Numbered from the stretch's first letter, positions 20,293 through 30,703 are shown. The stretch is DNA of 64,000 nt from Vulcanimicrobiales bacterium (GCA_038231455.1 JBBRLI010000002.1:128001-192000), one strand, 5' to 3'. The notes: a model not told the origin generated them from the sequence alone. Program-made: numbers and translations.

Positions 20293-21124
20293 AACTCAGG
20301 GATTCTGCTTTGGCGTGGCTATTACGGTCAAAAAGGCCGAGGAGGCCGTTGCCGTCCCCGGCGCGTCGGTCACGACGCTCGGGCATGTCGTGCACAATCC
20401 GCAGATGGTGCAGAAGCTCGAAGAGGCGGGTCTGAAAAACGCACACGCGATCGAGGATGTCGAGAGCGGCACGCTCTTCGTGCGTGCCCACGGTTTGCCA
20501 ACCGACGTCTACGAGAAAGCCAAAGCAAAGAACCTCACCATCATCGATGCGACGTGTCCGATGGTGACGAAAATTCACGTCCAGGCCGAGAAGCTCAAAG
20601 CCGAAGGCTACAAGATCGTCGTCGTCGGCGATCCGAATCACCCCGAAGTCAAAGGCACGCTCTCGCACGTGCCGGGCGCCTGGTGCATTGCCACGCCCGA
20701 GGAAATCGATGCGCTTCCGCGCGCGAGCCGCGTAGGTGTGGTCGTGCAGTCGACGTGGTCGGGTACGGGCTTCACCGAGATCGTGCGCCGCTTGAGTGAA
20801 AAGTATTACGAAGTGCGCGCCGTCAATACGATCTGCACCGATACGCGCAACCGGCAGTCCGAAGCACAGTCGCTCGCCCATGACGTTGAAGTGATGGTCG
20901 TCGTCGGTGGCAAGACCTCGGCAAATACCAAGCACCTCGCCGATCTTGCAGAGGCGAACGGCGCGCGCTCGTTCCACATCGAGGGCCCCGAAGACTTGCA
21001 GGCCGCGTGGTTCGATGGCGTGCGCGAGGCGGGCCTTATGTCGGGTGCATCGACGCCCGGTTGGCTCGTCGATGCGGTCGAGGCACGCATGAACGAACTC
21101 ACCGACCTTGCGGTCGCGCGCTAA
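20273..21124 (+). CDS. ispH: 4-hydroxy-3-methylbut-2-enyl diphosphate reductase
   Basis: GFCFGV, VHN, DATCPMV, HPEV, NTICTDT, SANT, GASTP. Confidence 0.97.
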   Translation: MHIRRAKTQGFCFGVAITVKKAEEAVAVPGASVTTLGHVVHNPQMVQKLEEAGLKNAHAIEDVESGTLFVRAHGLPTDVYEKAKAKNLTIIDATCPMVTKIHVQAEKLKAEGYKIVVVGDPNHPEVKGTLSHVPGAWCIATPEEIDALPRASRVGVVVQSTWSGTGFTEIVRRLSEKYYEVRAVNTICTDTRNRQSEAQSLAHDVEVMVVVGGKTSANTKHLADLAEANGARSFHIEGPEDLQAAWFDGVREAGLMSGASTPGWLVDAVEARMNELTDLAVAR

Positions 21125-22148
21125 GAACCCGGAGGGTCATCTGCCGATCGCGACGCCCGCCACGGTGGAAATGCTCGAGAGATTTCTGCAGCGTGCCGTC
21201 ATGCGCTTCGAGAGTGCGTCGCCGATAAGCGAGCAAGTCCGTTACCATTTTGGTTACTTGCACGGGGAAGGCGCACGACGTGGCAAGCGACTGCGTTCGC
21301 GGCTCTTGCTCGCCGTTGGTGAAGAAGAAGGGGCGTCGATCGAAGCGGGTCTGGATGCCGCTGCGGCGATCGAGATCCTGCACAATTACTCGCTCGTGCA
21401 CGATGATATCGAAGACGGCGACCGGATGCGTCACGGTCGGGAGACGGTTTGGTCGCGCTACGGGATCGCGCACGGGATCAACGCTGGCGATGCGATGTGC
21501 GCGTACAGTTATCTCACGTTGCTGGCAAACACCGGGCACCATCCTCCCGAACGCATCGTGCGCATGACGCAGCGCCTGCATGAAGCGAATCTCGATATGT
21601 GCGCGGGCCAGGGCCGGGACATCGAATTCGAGACCGCCGCAAGCGTCAGTCTCGATGACTATCTTGCAATGATCGCGGGCAAGACTGCGGCACTCTTTGC
21701 GATCAGTTGCGAACTCGGCGCACGGTCGGCGGGTCTCGATGATGAGCGCGCCGCCGCCTACGCGCGACTTGGCCGCACCTACGGCCTTGCCTTTCAGATC
21801 CGTGATGACGTTCTTGGGACATGGGGCGAAACGGCCCAAACCGGCAAACCCTCCGGCGCCGACATCGCAAAACGCAAGTGGTCCTTCCCGGTCGTCTGGG
21901 CGATGAGCTCGACGGATTCGGCCGACCGGCAGACTGTCGCGCGTCAATATGCCGCAGGCGAGCCGCTTGAAGGCGAGGCGGTCGCGGACGTTATCGCAGC
22001 GCTCGATCGTCTCGGTGCCCGCGCTGCGGCGGATGCCGCTGCGGCGGCCTATCTCCGTGAAGCTGATGGTGTCGCGGCGGCAGCCGGCATCGACCGCAGC
22101 GGCACGGTCCGGGCATTTCTGCGCGCATCGGCGAATCGGACGGCATGA
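21108..22148 (+). CDS. Polyprenyl diphosphate synthase (IspA/GGPPS family); start may be 21165 or 21171
   Basis: GKRLR, SLVHDDIEDGD, GQGRD, KTA, FQIRDDVLG. Confidence 0.92.
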   Translation: MRSRAKNPEGHLPIATPATVEMLERFLQRAVMRFESASPISEQVRYHFGYLHGEGARRGKRLRSRLLLAVGEEEGASIEAGLDAAAAIEILHNYSLVHDDIEDGDRMRHGRETVWSRYGIAHGINAGDAMCAYSYLTLLANTGHHPPERIVRMTQRLHEANLDMCAGQGRDIEFETAASVSLDDYLAMIAGKTAALFAISCELGARSAGLDDERAAAYARLGRTYGLAFQIRDDVLGTWGETAQTGKPSGADIAKRKWSFPVVWAMSSTDSADRQTVARQYAAGEPLEGEAVADVIAALDRLGARAAADAAAAAYLREADGVAAAAGIDRSGTVRAFLRASANRTA

Positions 22149-25100
22149 GCGCCGCCTCCCTTCGTCTTTCCGAACGCGCCCAGTCCTTTCGCGCGTATGC
22201 GCCGCTCGCCGCGATCCTCGGGATCGGTTTCCTGCTCCGGCTCCTCTTCGTGCGCGGCGACGGCTTTCACAACGACATCGCGGCGTTCGAAGCGTGGTCG
22301 CTCACGCTCTCCGAACACCCGCTTAAAGACTTCTTTGCGAACACGAGCTTCGCGGACTATCCGCCCGGCTATTTCTTCGTTCTCTGGGTCGTCGGTTCGC
22401 TGTATCACGGCCTGGTGAGTCTGGGCGTCGTACACGGCGACCCGTCGTACATGGCGCTGCGGGTCATGGTCAAATTGCCCGCTATCCTGATGGACCTTGT
22501 CGATGCGGCACTGATCTACGCGATCGTCGGCCGGTTCGCGAGCCGCGCGTGGGCGCTCGGCTGCGCGGCCCTCTTCGCACTCAATCCCGCGACGATTTAC
22601 ATCTCGTCCTACTGGGGTCAAGTCGATTCGATTTCGTCGGGCTTGGCGCTGGGCGGTCTCTTGCTGCTTCTCATCTCGCAAGAGCGTCCGCGCGGTCAGA
22701 TCGGCTGGATGATCGGCGCATACGCCGTGCTCGCGTACTCGGTCCTGATCAAACCGCAGGCGTCCTTTGTTGGGCTACTGTTCCTCGCGTTTGCCTTCAC
22801 AGCGCCGACGGCTGAAGAAGCCGCGCGGCGGCGAATCGGCACGCTCGCCGGGATCGGCGTGGGCCTTGCGATGGCATACGTTGCCGCTGCGATTTTCCAC
22901 AACGCGCTCAACCCGATCGAAGACTTCCGTTGGCTCTTGCAGCGTTATGAATTCGCCGCCAGCGTTTATCCGTACAACTCGGTGAACGCCTTCAATCTCT
23001 ATGCACTCAAGCAACACTTCTGGGAACTCGACTCGCAGCCGATGACGTTCTTGGGTATTGCGCTTGGGCCGATGGTCGTATGGGGCTGGTTGCTCACGCT
23101 TGCAGCCTCCGGGCTCATCGTCGCACGCTATATTCAGCGCAAGTCGAATGAGGCGCTGATCGAAGGCGCGATGCTCGCGACCTTTGCGTTCTTCGTGCTC
23201 AGCACGCGCATGCACGAACGCTACATCTTCACCGCACTCGCACTGGCGTTTCCGCTCGCGGCGCTGGGCAAACGCTATTTGTATGCAGCGGTGATCCTCA
23301 GCGGCACGATGCTTGCCAACATCGGCTACTCGCTCTACTATCAAAACGTGATGGAAGCAAAGATCGGCGGGGTCGACGCGACCGACTTGCTGCCGTGGCT
23401 CTCGCATCCGCTCTCGGCGCTCAACGTCGGGCTGTTTTTCTTCCTTGGCTACATCTATTTAGGCGGTCGGATTACCGGACTCGAAAAGGTCGAGACCCGC
23501 GTGCTTTCCGCCGCGCGAAGCTGGTTCGATCCGCGCCAAGGCACGGTCGGATTTAATCGCCTCGACTATCTGCTGATCGTTCTCTTTACGCTCGCGTCGT
23601 TCGTTTTGTGTTTGCTGTGGCTGCCGTGGCCGGCCGAAAAAGTGTTCGATGAAATCTACTACGCACGTGCGGGCGAAGAGTATCTCAAACATATCGACAT
23701 CTTTGAGTTCACCCATCCGCCGTTCACCAAACTCGTGATCACGCTCTCGATGATGCTCTTCGGTGGGCTCTCGGGGGCTGGCGATACGGGCCTGGGCTGG
23801 CGTTTCCTTAACGTCGTGATGGGCGCGCTGATGGTCGGCGTGACGTACGCGTTCGGCAAGAAGCTTACGGGCTCGACGCTCTGGGGCAGCGTCGCCGCCG
23901 GACTCTTGCTCTTCGATGGCTTCCACTACGTCCAGTCGCGCATCGCGACACCGGAGATTACCGTTGCGCTCCTCTCGCTAAGTACGCTCTACGCGTTCTA
24001 TCGCTACTGGATCGCTGCGCAAATTCGCACGCGTCAACTGCGCCGCGGGGCGCTCGTGCCGATGGTCCTCACGATGGTCCTTGGCACCGTTGTCGCGCTT
24101 GCGGGTGCGGCCTACCTCACCGGTTTGCATGAAATTCCCGGCATCGCAACGGCAAACGACGCCGAGACGACGGTGGCGAAACTCGTCGTGTTCGTTTACC
24201 TCGAGTCGGTCGCGTATTTGGTCGCGCGGCTGCTCGTTCCACGCTTCTTCCCGGCGGGACCCCGCGAGGCAAGTTACGCCGATGGCACGCGCGTTCGCGG
24301 GACAGCCGCATCGTTTTCCACCACCTTACCTGAGGGCTCCGTGCTACCCGTCGACCGCGGCAAAAACAGTGCACGCGTAATCGACGATGGCGACGGCGCG
24401 CGTCGGTCTTACGAACGTGATGGCTCGTTTGTTTACGCGACGCCGGATGGCACGGCGTCGTTCGCACCGCAGGGGACGCTGAGCGTGGGCGAGGTGACGA
24501 TCGAATCAAATGACGCCTGGAAGTGGCTGGTCGTCCTTGCCATTTCCGGTGGCTTACTGGCGGCGAGCAAATGGAACGGGCTCTTTGATTTCTTTGTCGT
24601 CTGGGGCTGCGCCGGGGCCGTCGTTAGCCAGCAGTTTTTCCGTCGTCGCGCGCTCTTTGGCAATCCGTTCGGCTTTCCGCTCGATCTGCTCGTCGTAACG
24701 ATGATGGTCGTCGCGGCGACGATTTATATCCTCTGCTACATTCCGTACTTCTCGCTTGGGCACGGTCTGCCCGATGTGATCGCGATGCAGCATTCGATGT
24801 ATCACTACCACTCGACGCTTGTCGCGACGCATCCGTATTCGTCGCGTTGGTGGCAGTGGCCGATTCTCGAAAAACCGATCTCGTACTTCTGGCAAGATCT
24901 CCGTCCGCCGATCGATGCGAATAATCCAAGCGCGTGCTGCGTCGCGGAGATTCTCGCGCTGCCGAATCCGATCGGTTGGTGGCTCGGCTTAATCTCCGTG
25001 CCGCTGCTCGGGTTTCTTGCCTGGCGCGAGCGCAACAAAGGCTACGCGCTCATCGTCATCGCGTACATCATTCAGTGGCTGCCATGGATCGGTTCGCCGC

Positions 25101-25351
25101 GACTCTCGTTCGAGTATCATTTTTTTCCGAACTTGGTCTTGATCGTCTTTGCGAACACGGTCTTACTCGAGCGTCTGTGGCGCTTGCGGTACAAGGTGCT
25201 CACCAATATCCCGGCCGGTAAAGTCGCGGTCGGGACGTTCCTCGTTGCCTACGTGGTGCTGTTCTTTTTCTTCTTTCCGGTCGTTGCGGGCGTCCACATG
25301 AGGTGGGACGAGTGGAACGCGCGCATGTGGTCGCGGCACTGGATTATCTGA
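22145..25351 (+). CDS. Large polytopic membrane glycosyltransferase with two GT-C-like modules (N-terminal DYPP type plus protein O-mannosyltransferase-like)
   Basis: N-module: DYPP, KLP, WGQVDS, IKPQ, MHERY. C-module: FDEIYYAR, THPP, GWRF, ASKW, HPYSSRWWQWP, RLSFEYHF. Confidence 0.85.
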   Translation: MSAASLRLSERAQSFRAYAPLAAILGIGFLLRLLFVRGDGFHNDIAAFEAWSLTLSEHPLKDFFANTSFADYPPGYFFVLWVVGSLYHGLVSLGVVHGDPSYMALRVMVKLPAILMDLVDAALIYAIVGRFASRAWALGCAALFALNPATIYISSYWGQVDSISSGLALGGLLLLLISQERPRGQIGWMIGAYAVLAYSVLIKPQASFVGLLFLAFAFTAPTAEEAARRRIGTLAGIGVGLAMAYVAAAIFHNALNPIEDFRWLLQRYEFAASVYPYNSVNAFNLYALKQHFWELDSQPMTFLGIALGPMVVWGWLLTLAASGLIVARYIQRKSNEALIEGAMLATFAFFVLSTRMHERYIFTALALAFPLAALGKRYLYAAVILSGTMLANIGYSLYYQNVMEAKIGGVDATDLLPWLSHPLSALNVGLFFFLGYIYLGGRITGLEKVETRVLSAARSWFDPRQGTVGFNRLDYLLIVLFTLASFVLCLLWLPWPAEKVFDEIYYARAGEEYLKHIDIFEFTHPPFTKLVITLSMMLFGGLSGAGDTGLGWRFLNVVMGALMVGVTYAFGKKLTGSTLWGSVAAGLLLFDGFHYVQSRIATPEITVALLSLSTLYAFYRYWIAAQIRTRQLRRGALVPMVLTMVLGTVVALAGAAYLTGLHEIPGIATANDAETTVAKLVVFVYLESVAYLVARLLVPRFFPAGPREASYADGTRVRGTAASFSTTLPEGSVLPVDRGKNSARVIDDGDGARRSYERDGSFVYATPDGTASFAPQGTLSVGEVTIESNDAWKWLVVLAISGGLLAASKWNGLFDFFVVWGCAGAVVSQQFFRRRALFGNPFGFPLDLLVVTMMVVAATIYILCYIPYFSLGHGLPDVIAMQHSMYHYHSTLVATHPYSSRWWQWPILEKPISYFWQDLRPPIDANNPSACCVAEILALPNPIGWWLGLISVPLLGFLAWRERNKGYALIVIAYIIQWLPWIGSPRLSFEYHFFPNLVLIVFANTVLLERLWRLRYKVLTNIPAGKVAVGTFLVAYVVLFFFFFPVVAGVHMRWDEWNARMWSRHWII

Positions 25352-25441
25352 GTTCGCCGCGCCTACGCGGGGCGATCTCCCACTTACGCTGCACTTGGCT
25401 CTCAAGGTGTGCGTCGTTCTCCTTAGCGAAGTTGGGGTCGT

Positions 25442-26185
25442 ATGTCCGGACATTCCAAGTGGCACAATATCAAGCTGCGCAAAGGCAAGGCCGACTCCGC
25501 GCGCGGCGCGGTCTTCACGAAGCTCAGCAAGGAGATCATCCTTGCGGCAAAAGGCGGCTCAGCCGATCCTGAGGCCAACCATCGTTTGAAGATGGCCGTC
25601 GAAAAAGCGCGCGCTAACAACGTACCGCAGGATAACATCAAGCGGGCGATCGCCCGCGGCAGCGGCGCCGGCAACGAGAAAGAGATCGAAGAGATTCGTT
25701 ATGAAGGCCATGGTCCGGCGGGGATCGCCGTCGTCGTTGATGCTGCAACCGACAACCGGAACCGTACGGCAAGCGAACTCCGCTTTCTCTTTAGCCGCAA
25801 CGACGGGGCGCTGGGCGAGACCGGCAGCGTCGGTTGGATGTTTGATGCGCGCGGCTTAATCGAAGTCGATCCGGCGGGGCTCGATGAGGATACGCTTACC
25901 GAACGCGCGCTCGTCGACGGCGTTATCGACGTGCGCTACGGCGATCCGACCGAGATCGTAACGGAAACCGGCGTCCTTGCCGGAGCGCGCACAGCGATCG
26001 AAAAGAACGGCCTCAAAGTGACGAGCATGCATCTTGGCGTCGTCGCCAAAGCGCCGACCCATCCGCAAGGCGATGACACCGCAAAAGTGCTCGCATTTCT
26101 GGACGCGCTTGACGAACACGAAGACGTGCAGCGCGTGTACACCAACGTCGAATTCGACGACGCCCAGCTGGAGGCGCTTGCCTGA
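25442..26185 (+). CDS. yebC: YebC/PmpR family protein
   Basis: MSGHSKWHNIK, YEGHGPAG, TDNRNRT, EDVQRVYTN. Confidence 0.96.
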   Translation: MSGHSKWHNIKLRKGKADSARGAVFTKLSKEIILAAKGGSADPEANHRLKMAVEKARANNVPQDNIKRAIARGSGAGNEKEIEEIRYEGHGPAGIAVVVDAATDNRNRTASELRFLFSRNDGALGETGSVGWMFDARGLIEVDPAGLDEDTLTERALVDGVIDVRYGDPTEIVTETGVLAGARTAIEKNGLKVTSMHLGVVAKAPTHPQGDDTAKVLAFLDALDEHEDVQRVYTNVEFDDAQLEALA

Positions 26186-27281
26186 TCCGATAATCCGGCG
26201 CCGTCGGCCGGTCACGGATCTTGCCGAGCCATCGGCGGGATCGCGTGTGTGGACAGACCGCTTCGCTCGCCTTCGTATCGATGCAATCGATCGCGACTGG
26301 CTCTTTGCAATCGCGCTCGCGCTTGCCGTCGGCGTGAGCGTGTGGTTCGGCCGCTCGATCCGCGACTTTTTCTCGCCCGCCGCGGCGAACGTGCTCGTCC
26401 CGGCTTTCGCGGGACAGACGCAGATCGACGCGCTTTCCGAGGCAGGACGGCTCAAACTCAAAGCCGTTGTCGTCGCCCAACAGCCCAGCGACCGGTATCC
26501 CAAAGACGTCGTCATGGCGCAGCAGCCGATCCCCGGATCCCGCGTGCGCGAGGGGCGTCAGATCTCGCTCATCATTAGTCGCGGCGCGACGATCTCCGCG
26601 ATGCCCGACGTGCGGTTCGAATCGCTGCGTGAAGCGGGGCTCGATCTTGCGCATGTGAAGTTGCAACTTGCAAAAACGACGCTCGTTGCGAACGACGACA
26701 TTCCGGCAAACCACGTCGTCGAGCAGAACCCCTCGCCGAATACGGCCGTGCGCGAAGGTACGCAAGTGACGCTCACCTTGAGCAAAGGTCCGCCGAACGG
26801 GATCAAAGTTCCGAACTTCCTCGGCGATGACGTCGACTTCGCCCGACTGGAAGCAACGCGTGAGAAAGTCCACCTCGGTCAGATCGTGTGGACGCCGTTC
26901 GGTCCGAACGGACCACCGCGCGGGCGGATCGTGCGTCAAACGCCCGTCGCGGGAGCGACCATCGATCCATTCGACACCGTGTCGCTGCAAGTGAGCGCGG
27001 GACCTAAGGAATACGGCTACCTCGTTCGGCAAGTGCATGTCAGCGCGACGGTGCCCGCACGCGATTCTGCCGCCAACGTGCGCATGGAAGTACGCGATGA
27101 AACCGGGACGTGGAATGTCTACAACGGTTACGCGCAAGGCGGTGCGAAGCTCGACTTCAATCTGACCGTGGTCGGGACGGCCGAACTCGATACATACATC
27201 AACAACGAGTTGCTCAATCAGGCACGACTCGGAAACGAGACGCCGGTCGTCGTACCGAGCGCGAAACCGGAGAAGAAGTGA
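26178..27281 (+). CDS. Membrane-anchored protein with three PASTA domains and no kinase domain (start uncertain: TTG 26178 or GTG 26247)
   Basis: One TM helix, then repeats VPAFAG/MPDVRF/VPNFLG with V..Q.P..G...ISLIISRG/VTLTLSKG/VSLQVSAG. Confidence 0.85.
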   Translation: MPDPIIRRRRPVTDLAEPSAGSRVWTDRFARLRIDAIDRDWLFAIALALAVGVSVWFGRSIRDFFSPAAANVLVPAFAGQTQIDALSEAGRLKLKAVVVAQQPSDRYPKDVVMAQQPIPGSRVREGRQISLIISRGATISAMPDVRFESLREAGLDLAHVKLQLAKTTLVANDDIPANHVVEQNPSPNTAVREGTQVTLTLSKGPPNGIKVPNFLGDDVDFARLEATREKVHLGQIVWTPFGPNGPPRGRIVRQTPVAGATIDPFDTVSLQVSAGPKEYGYLVRQVHVSATVPARDSAANVRMEVRDETGTWNVYNGYAQGGAKLDFNLTVVGTAELDTYINNELLNQARLGNETPVVVPSAKPEKK

Positions 27282-27955
27282 TCCGCATCGCGCCCTCGCT
27301 GCTCTCTGCCGATTTCTCCGACATCGCGGCGCAAATCCGCTTGGTCGAAGACGCGGGCGCGGGGATGCTCCATCTCGATTCGATGGACGGCCGGTTCGTG
27401 CCGAACATCACCTGGGGGCCGAAAATCGTCGGCGACTTGCGCAAGCTTACGACCTTGCCGTTCGACTGTCACCTCATGATCGCGGAGCCGGAGCGCTACG
27501 TCGATGAATTTCGCAAAGCCGGTGCCGACTACATTACCTTTCACTACGAAGCAACGCCCCACGCGCATCGCCTCTTGCAGTATCTGCGTTCGATTGGCGC
27601 CAAAGCCGGCGTCGGCATCAATCCGGGCACGCCCGTCGGAATGCTCGAAGATCTCATCGAAGATATCGACTTGCTCCTCATCATGTCGGTGAATCCCGGC
27701 TTCGGCGGTCAGAAATTCATCGAGCGCGCTCTTCACAAACTCGGCGAGGCGCGGGCGCTGATCGACGCGCGCAATCCGCAGTGCGAACTCGAAGTCGACG
27801 GCGGGATCGGCGTTGCAAACATCGAGCGCGCGGTGGAAGCCGGCGCGACGATCATCGTCGCGGGTTCGTCGGTCTACAACGCTTCCGACCCGCAGGCGGC
27901 GCTGCGCGACATGCGGGCGCGCGCCGAAGTTGCCGGAACGAAACGGACCGCGTGA
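27278..27955 (+). CDS. rpe: Ribulose-phosphate 3-epimerase
   Basis: IAPSLLSADF, HLDSMDGRFVPN, DCHLM, MSVNPGFGGQ, EVDGGI; GTGA overlap. Confidence 0.97.
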   Translation: MIRIAPSLLSADFSDIAAQIRLVEDAGAGMLHLDSMDGRFVPNITWGPKIVGDLRKLTTLPFDCHLMIAEPERYVDEFRKAGADYITFHYEATPHAHRLLQYLRSIGAKAGVGINPGTPVGMLEDLIEDIDLLLIMSVNPGFGGQKFIERALHKLGEARALIDARNPQCELEVDGGIGVANIERAVEAGATIIVAGSSVYNASDPQAALRDMRARAEVAGTKRTA

Positions 27956-27980
27956 TGCAGGCCCGCGGGCGGCTGCGGGC

Positions 27981-28961
27981 ATGACCGAAGAAACGCTCGT
28001 CACCGCCATCCGCGAACTCACCGTCTCCGCAACGAATACCAAACTCCGTTTGGGCATCGGCGATGATGCCGCCGCGTGGCAGCCGTCGCGTTCACATCTG
28101 AGCGTTATCACGACCGATGCGCTCATCGAGGACGTGCATTTTACGCGCGCTGCGATGTCGGCGGCCGACGTCGGCCATCGCGCGCTCGCCGCAAACCTCT
28201 CCGACATCGCGGCCATGGGCGCACGGCCGGTTTTGGCGACGATCGCTTTCGGTGTCTCACCCGCAATCGACGAGGCGTGGATCCGCGATTTCTATCGCGG
28301 CCTCGCTCGACTTGCCGAACGCACGGGTACGGCAATTGCCGGCGGTGATATCGTGCGCGCGCCGGTCGTCACAATTTCGATCACCGTCGTTGGTGAGGTG
28401 CGGCGTTCGTCGATGAAAACGCGATCGGGAGCACGAGCGGGCGACGTTGTAGCGGTAACGGGACCGCTTGGAGCGAGTCGAGCAGGGTGCGAGGTCTTGC
28501 TCGATCGACCGGACTTCGCGGGCGAGACGATCTTCGCCGAAACATTGCAGGCGTATCGCACGCCAGAACCCCGTCTGCGCGAAGGCCGGTTTCTCGGCGC
28601 TTCGCGCAATGTCCACGCGATGATGGACACCTCGGATGGAATCGCAAGCGATCTTGCTCGGCTTTGCGCTGCATCGGGGGTCGGGGCGACGCTCGATACG
28701 CTGCCGGTTTGCGTTGCGGTTGAAACGTATTGCAAACGACTAGCGGTCGATGCGCAAACTTTTGCGCTCGAAGCGGGAGAAGATTTCGAATTGCTCCTCG
28801 CAATCGATCGCCGAGCGTTCCCGTATCTTGCCGGCCGTTTTCGTGCCCACACCGGTCGCGAATTGATCGGCATCGGCGAGATTACCTCAGAGCGCGGACT
28901 GCGTTCGCGCGGGGGTGCGACCCTGAACGCTCGTGGTTACGATCACCTGAGGGCGCACTAG
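27981..28961 (+). CDS. thiL: Thiamine-monophosphate kinase
   Basis: GIGDDAA, EDVHF, NLSDIAAMGA, GGD, DTSDG, GEDFELL. Confidence 0.95.
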   Translation: MTEETLVTAIRELTVSATNTKLRLGIGDDAAAWQPSRSHLSVITTDALIEDVHFTRAAMSAADVGHRALAANLSDIAAMGARPVLATIAFGVSPAIDEAWIRDFYRGLARLAERTGTAIAGGDIVRAPVVTISITVVGEVRRSSMKTRSGARAGDVVAVTGPLGASRAGCEVLLDRPDFAGETIFAETLQAYRTPEPRLREGRFLGASRNVHAMMDTSDGIASDLARLCAASGVGATLDTLPVCVAVETYCKRLAVDAQTFALEAGEDFELLLAIDRRAFPYLAGRFRAHTGRELIGIGEITSERGLRSRGGATLNARGYDHLRAH

Positions 28962-29018
28962 TAGCGCTGAGATGAAACTGCCAGGAATCTATAAGCCTTC
29001 CTTGATACGTTCGCACGT

Positions 29019-29603
29019 ATGAAGAAGAAGGGTGTCTTTGTCGTTGTGTTCGCCTTACTCGTGTCGATGGGATCGGCCAGCGTAGCGCAGGCTGCGGAGA
29101 GTGCCGCGCCGCTGGTGCGTTTCGACGCATCGCTCGTCGATGTCATCGATTGCGCCGACGCCCGAGCCGTCGCTGCCGATTTCTCCAGTCGCCAAACGGA
29201 GATTTCCGTCGAAGACGCTCACGCAGCTGCCCGCGCGTTCATTGCGTGTGAACGGACGCGCCGGTCCGACGTCGAGAAAACGAATTTGATGCGCGTCCTT
29301 GCGGCGTCGTCGCTTCTCGTCGCAGCCAATGCGGAAAGAGATGAGGCGCAGCAAACGGATCTCTCCGCGGCTCAGGCCGAACTCCAGCAAGTCCAGCCCG
29401 CGATCTCTCTTACGTCGGGAAACGTCCGAGCAGCGTTCATTGGCCGACTCAGCACTCCGGCCGTCCGGGGCGATGACCGATTCGAGCGTGTTGAGACGTT
29501 GCCGCCGACGACTTCGCCCCCGCAAAACCGTCCGTTGGGAGCGTCGGTGTACGAACCGCTCGTCAAAGGTCTGCTCCTCGCGATCGAGATGCTGAGGAAG
29601 TAA
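29019..29603 (+). CDS. Hypothetical exported protein
   Basis: Clear signal peptide (MKKKG + hydrophobic stretch + AQA) and an extended -10 TGaTACGTT 7 nt upstream; no family recognised. Confidence 0.7.
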   Translation: MKKKGVFVVVFALLVSMGSASVAQAAESAAPLVRFDASLVDVIDCADARAVAADFSSRQTEISVEDAHAAARAFIACERTRRSDVEKTNLMRVLAASSLLVAANAERDEAQQTDLSAAQAELQQVQPAISLTSGNVRAAFIGRLSTPAVRGDDRFERVETLPPTTSPPQNRPLGASVYEPLVKGLLLAIEMLRK

Positions 29604-29727
29604 ATTCAGTCCGTCCGCTAGCGATGTTTCATCCCAGCGTTCTTGGCGAACGTCGCGGTTGGCGCCCACTAACATCGCCCAAGTACCCAGAGGTTGCTTA
29701 CTTTGCGGCGCCCAACTTGGGTAGAGC

Positions 29728-30681
29728 GTGGAAACTGATTTCGACCAGCGGGTCTACCCGCTCTTAGGCAGCATCCAAAACAGCGTCGGCATGGGCTTTC
29801 TCGGCAACGAGGCCGTCAACGCGATCGCGAACCGCTTGCGCGTTCGCGTGTGCGCGGTCCCCAGTTCTTTTGCTAGTGCCCGCGGCGGGATGGACGGCCG
29901 CATGAGCTTCGTCGTCGACCCGAAAGAATTTCGGCGCGGCGTGCAGTTTCTCGTGCGCCAAGAGCCGGGCGTGCTCGTAATTGGCTACTTGCCAAAACCC
30001 GAGTACGTCGATATCGTCGCGACGGCGATCCGTGATTTCGTCGGCCTGGTGGTGCTCGATCCGGTTCTCGGCGACTACGAAAAAGGCTTGTACGTAAGTG
30101 TTGAGACGGCGCGTCTGATACGCGATCTGCTCGTTCCGCGCGCGCAAGTGGTCACGCCCAACCGCTTCGAAGCCGAAGTCTTGCTCGATCTGACGCGCGA
30201 CCGTGCTGCAACGGAGCGCACCTTCCTCGACACGTTCGCGCAGCTCGGTCCGCAGACGGTCATCATCACCTCGTTCACACGCGACCGCGAACGCCGTTCG
30301 CTCACGACGCTTTTCTCGAACGGCTACCAGTACGAGAAAATCACGATCCCGCTGAGCCAAGCGCACACCGCGTACGGCGCCGGAGACGTTTTTGCAGCCT
30401 CGATGGCCTCGTTCTTGTCGCTGGGCACGAGCCCGTTCACCTCGACGCTCATGGCGACGGCCGTGGCTTCGGCCTCCGTTGCGCGAGCCTCGCAGTACGG
30501 CGGCGCCAGCGTCGATCCGGTCGCAGCGCTCGATGCCGTCCGGCCTATGGGCTATCTCGAAGAAGACAAGGCGCGGCTCTACTGCCAAAAATTTGGCATC
30601 ACCACGGCACCGATTCCGGCCACGGAAGAGCAGGGTAACCGCCTGCGCTTCGCTCCGCCGAAGAACCGGGTCGGCTCCTAG
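29728..30681 (+). CDS. Pyridoxal kinase-like protein (ribokinase/PfkB superfamily)
   Basis: SIQ..V..G..GN, LDPVLGD, TPNRFEA, GAGDVFAA. Confidence 0.8.
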   Translation: METDFDQRVYPLLGSIQNSVGMGFLGNEAVNAIANRLRVRVCAVPSSFASARGGMDGRMSFVVDPKEFRRGVQFLVRQEPGVLVIGYLPKPEYVDIVATAIRDFVGLVVLDPVLGDYEKGLYVSVETARLIRDLLVPRAQVVTPNRFEAEVLLDLTRDRAATERTFLDTFAQLGPQTVIITSFTRDRERRSLTTLFSNGYQYEKITIPLSQAHTAYGAGDVFAASMASFLSLGTSPFTSTLMATAVASASVARASQYGGASVDPVAALDAVRPMGYLEEDKARLYCQKFGITTAPIPATEEQGNRLRFAPPKNRVGS

Positions 30682-30703
30682 ATACCTCGCCGGACAACAC
30701 AAA

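Noticed and set aside
29604-29727. Short CGCCCA repeats and a CCCAAG/CTTGGG dyad upstream of the kinase as a possible riboswitch
   Set aside because: No TPP or other riboswitch consensus is visible and the repeats are too short.
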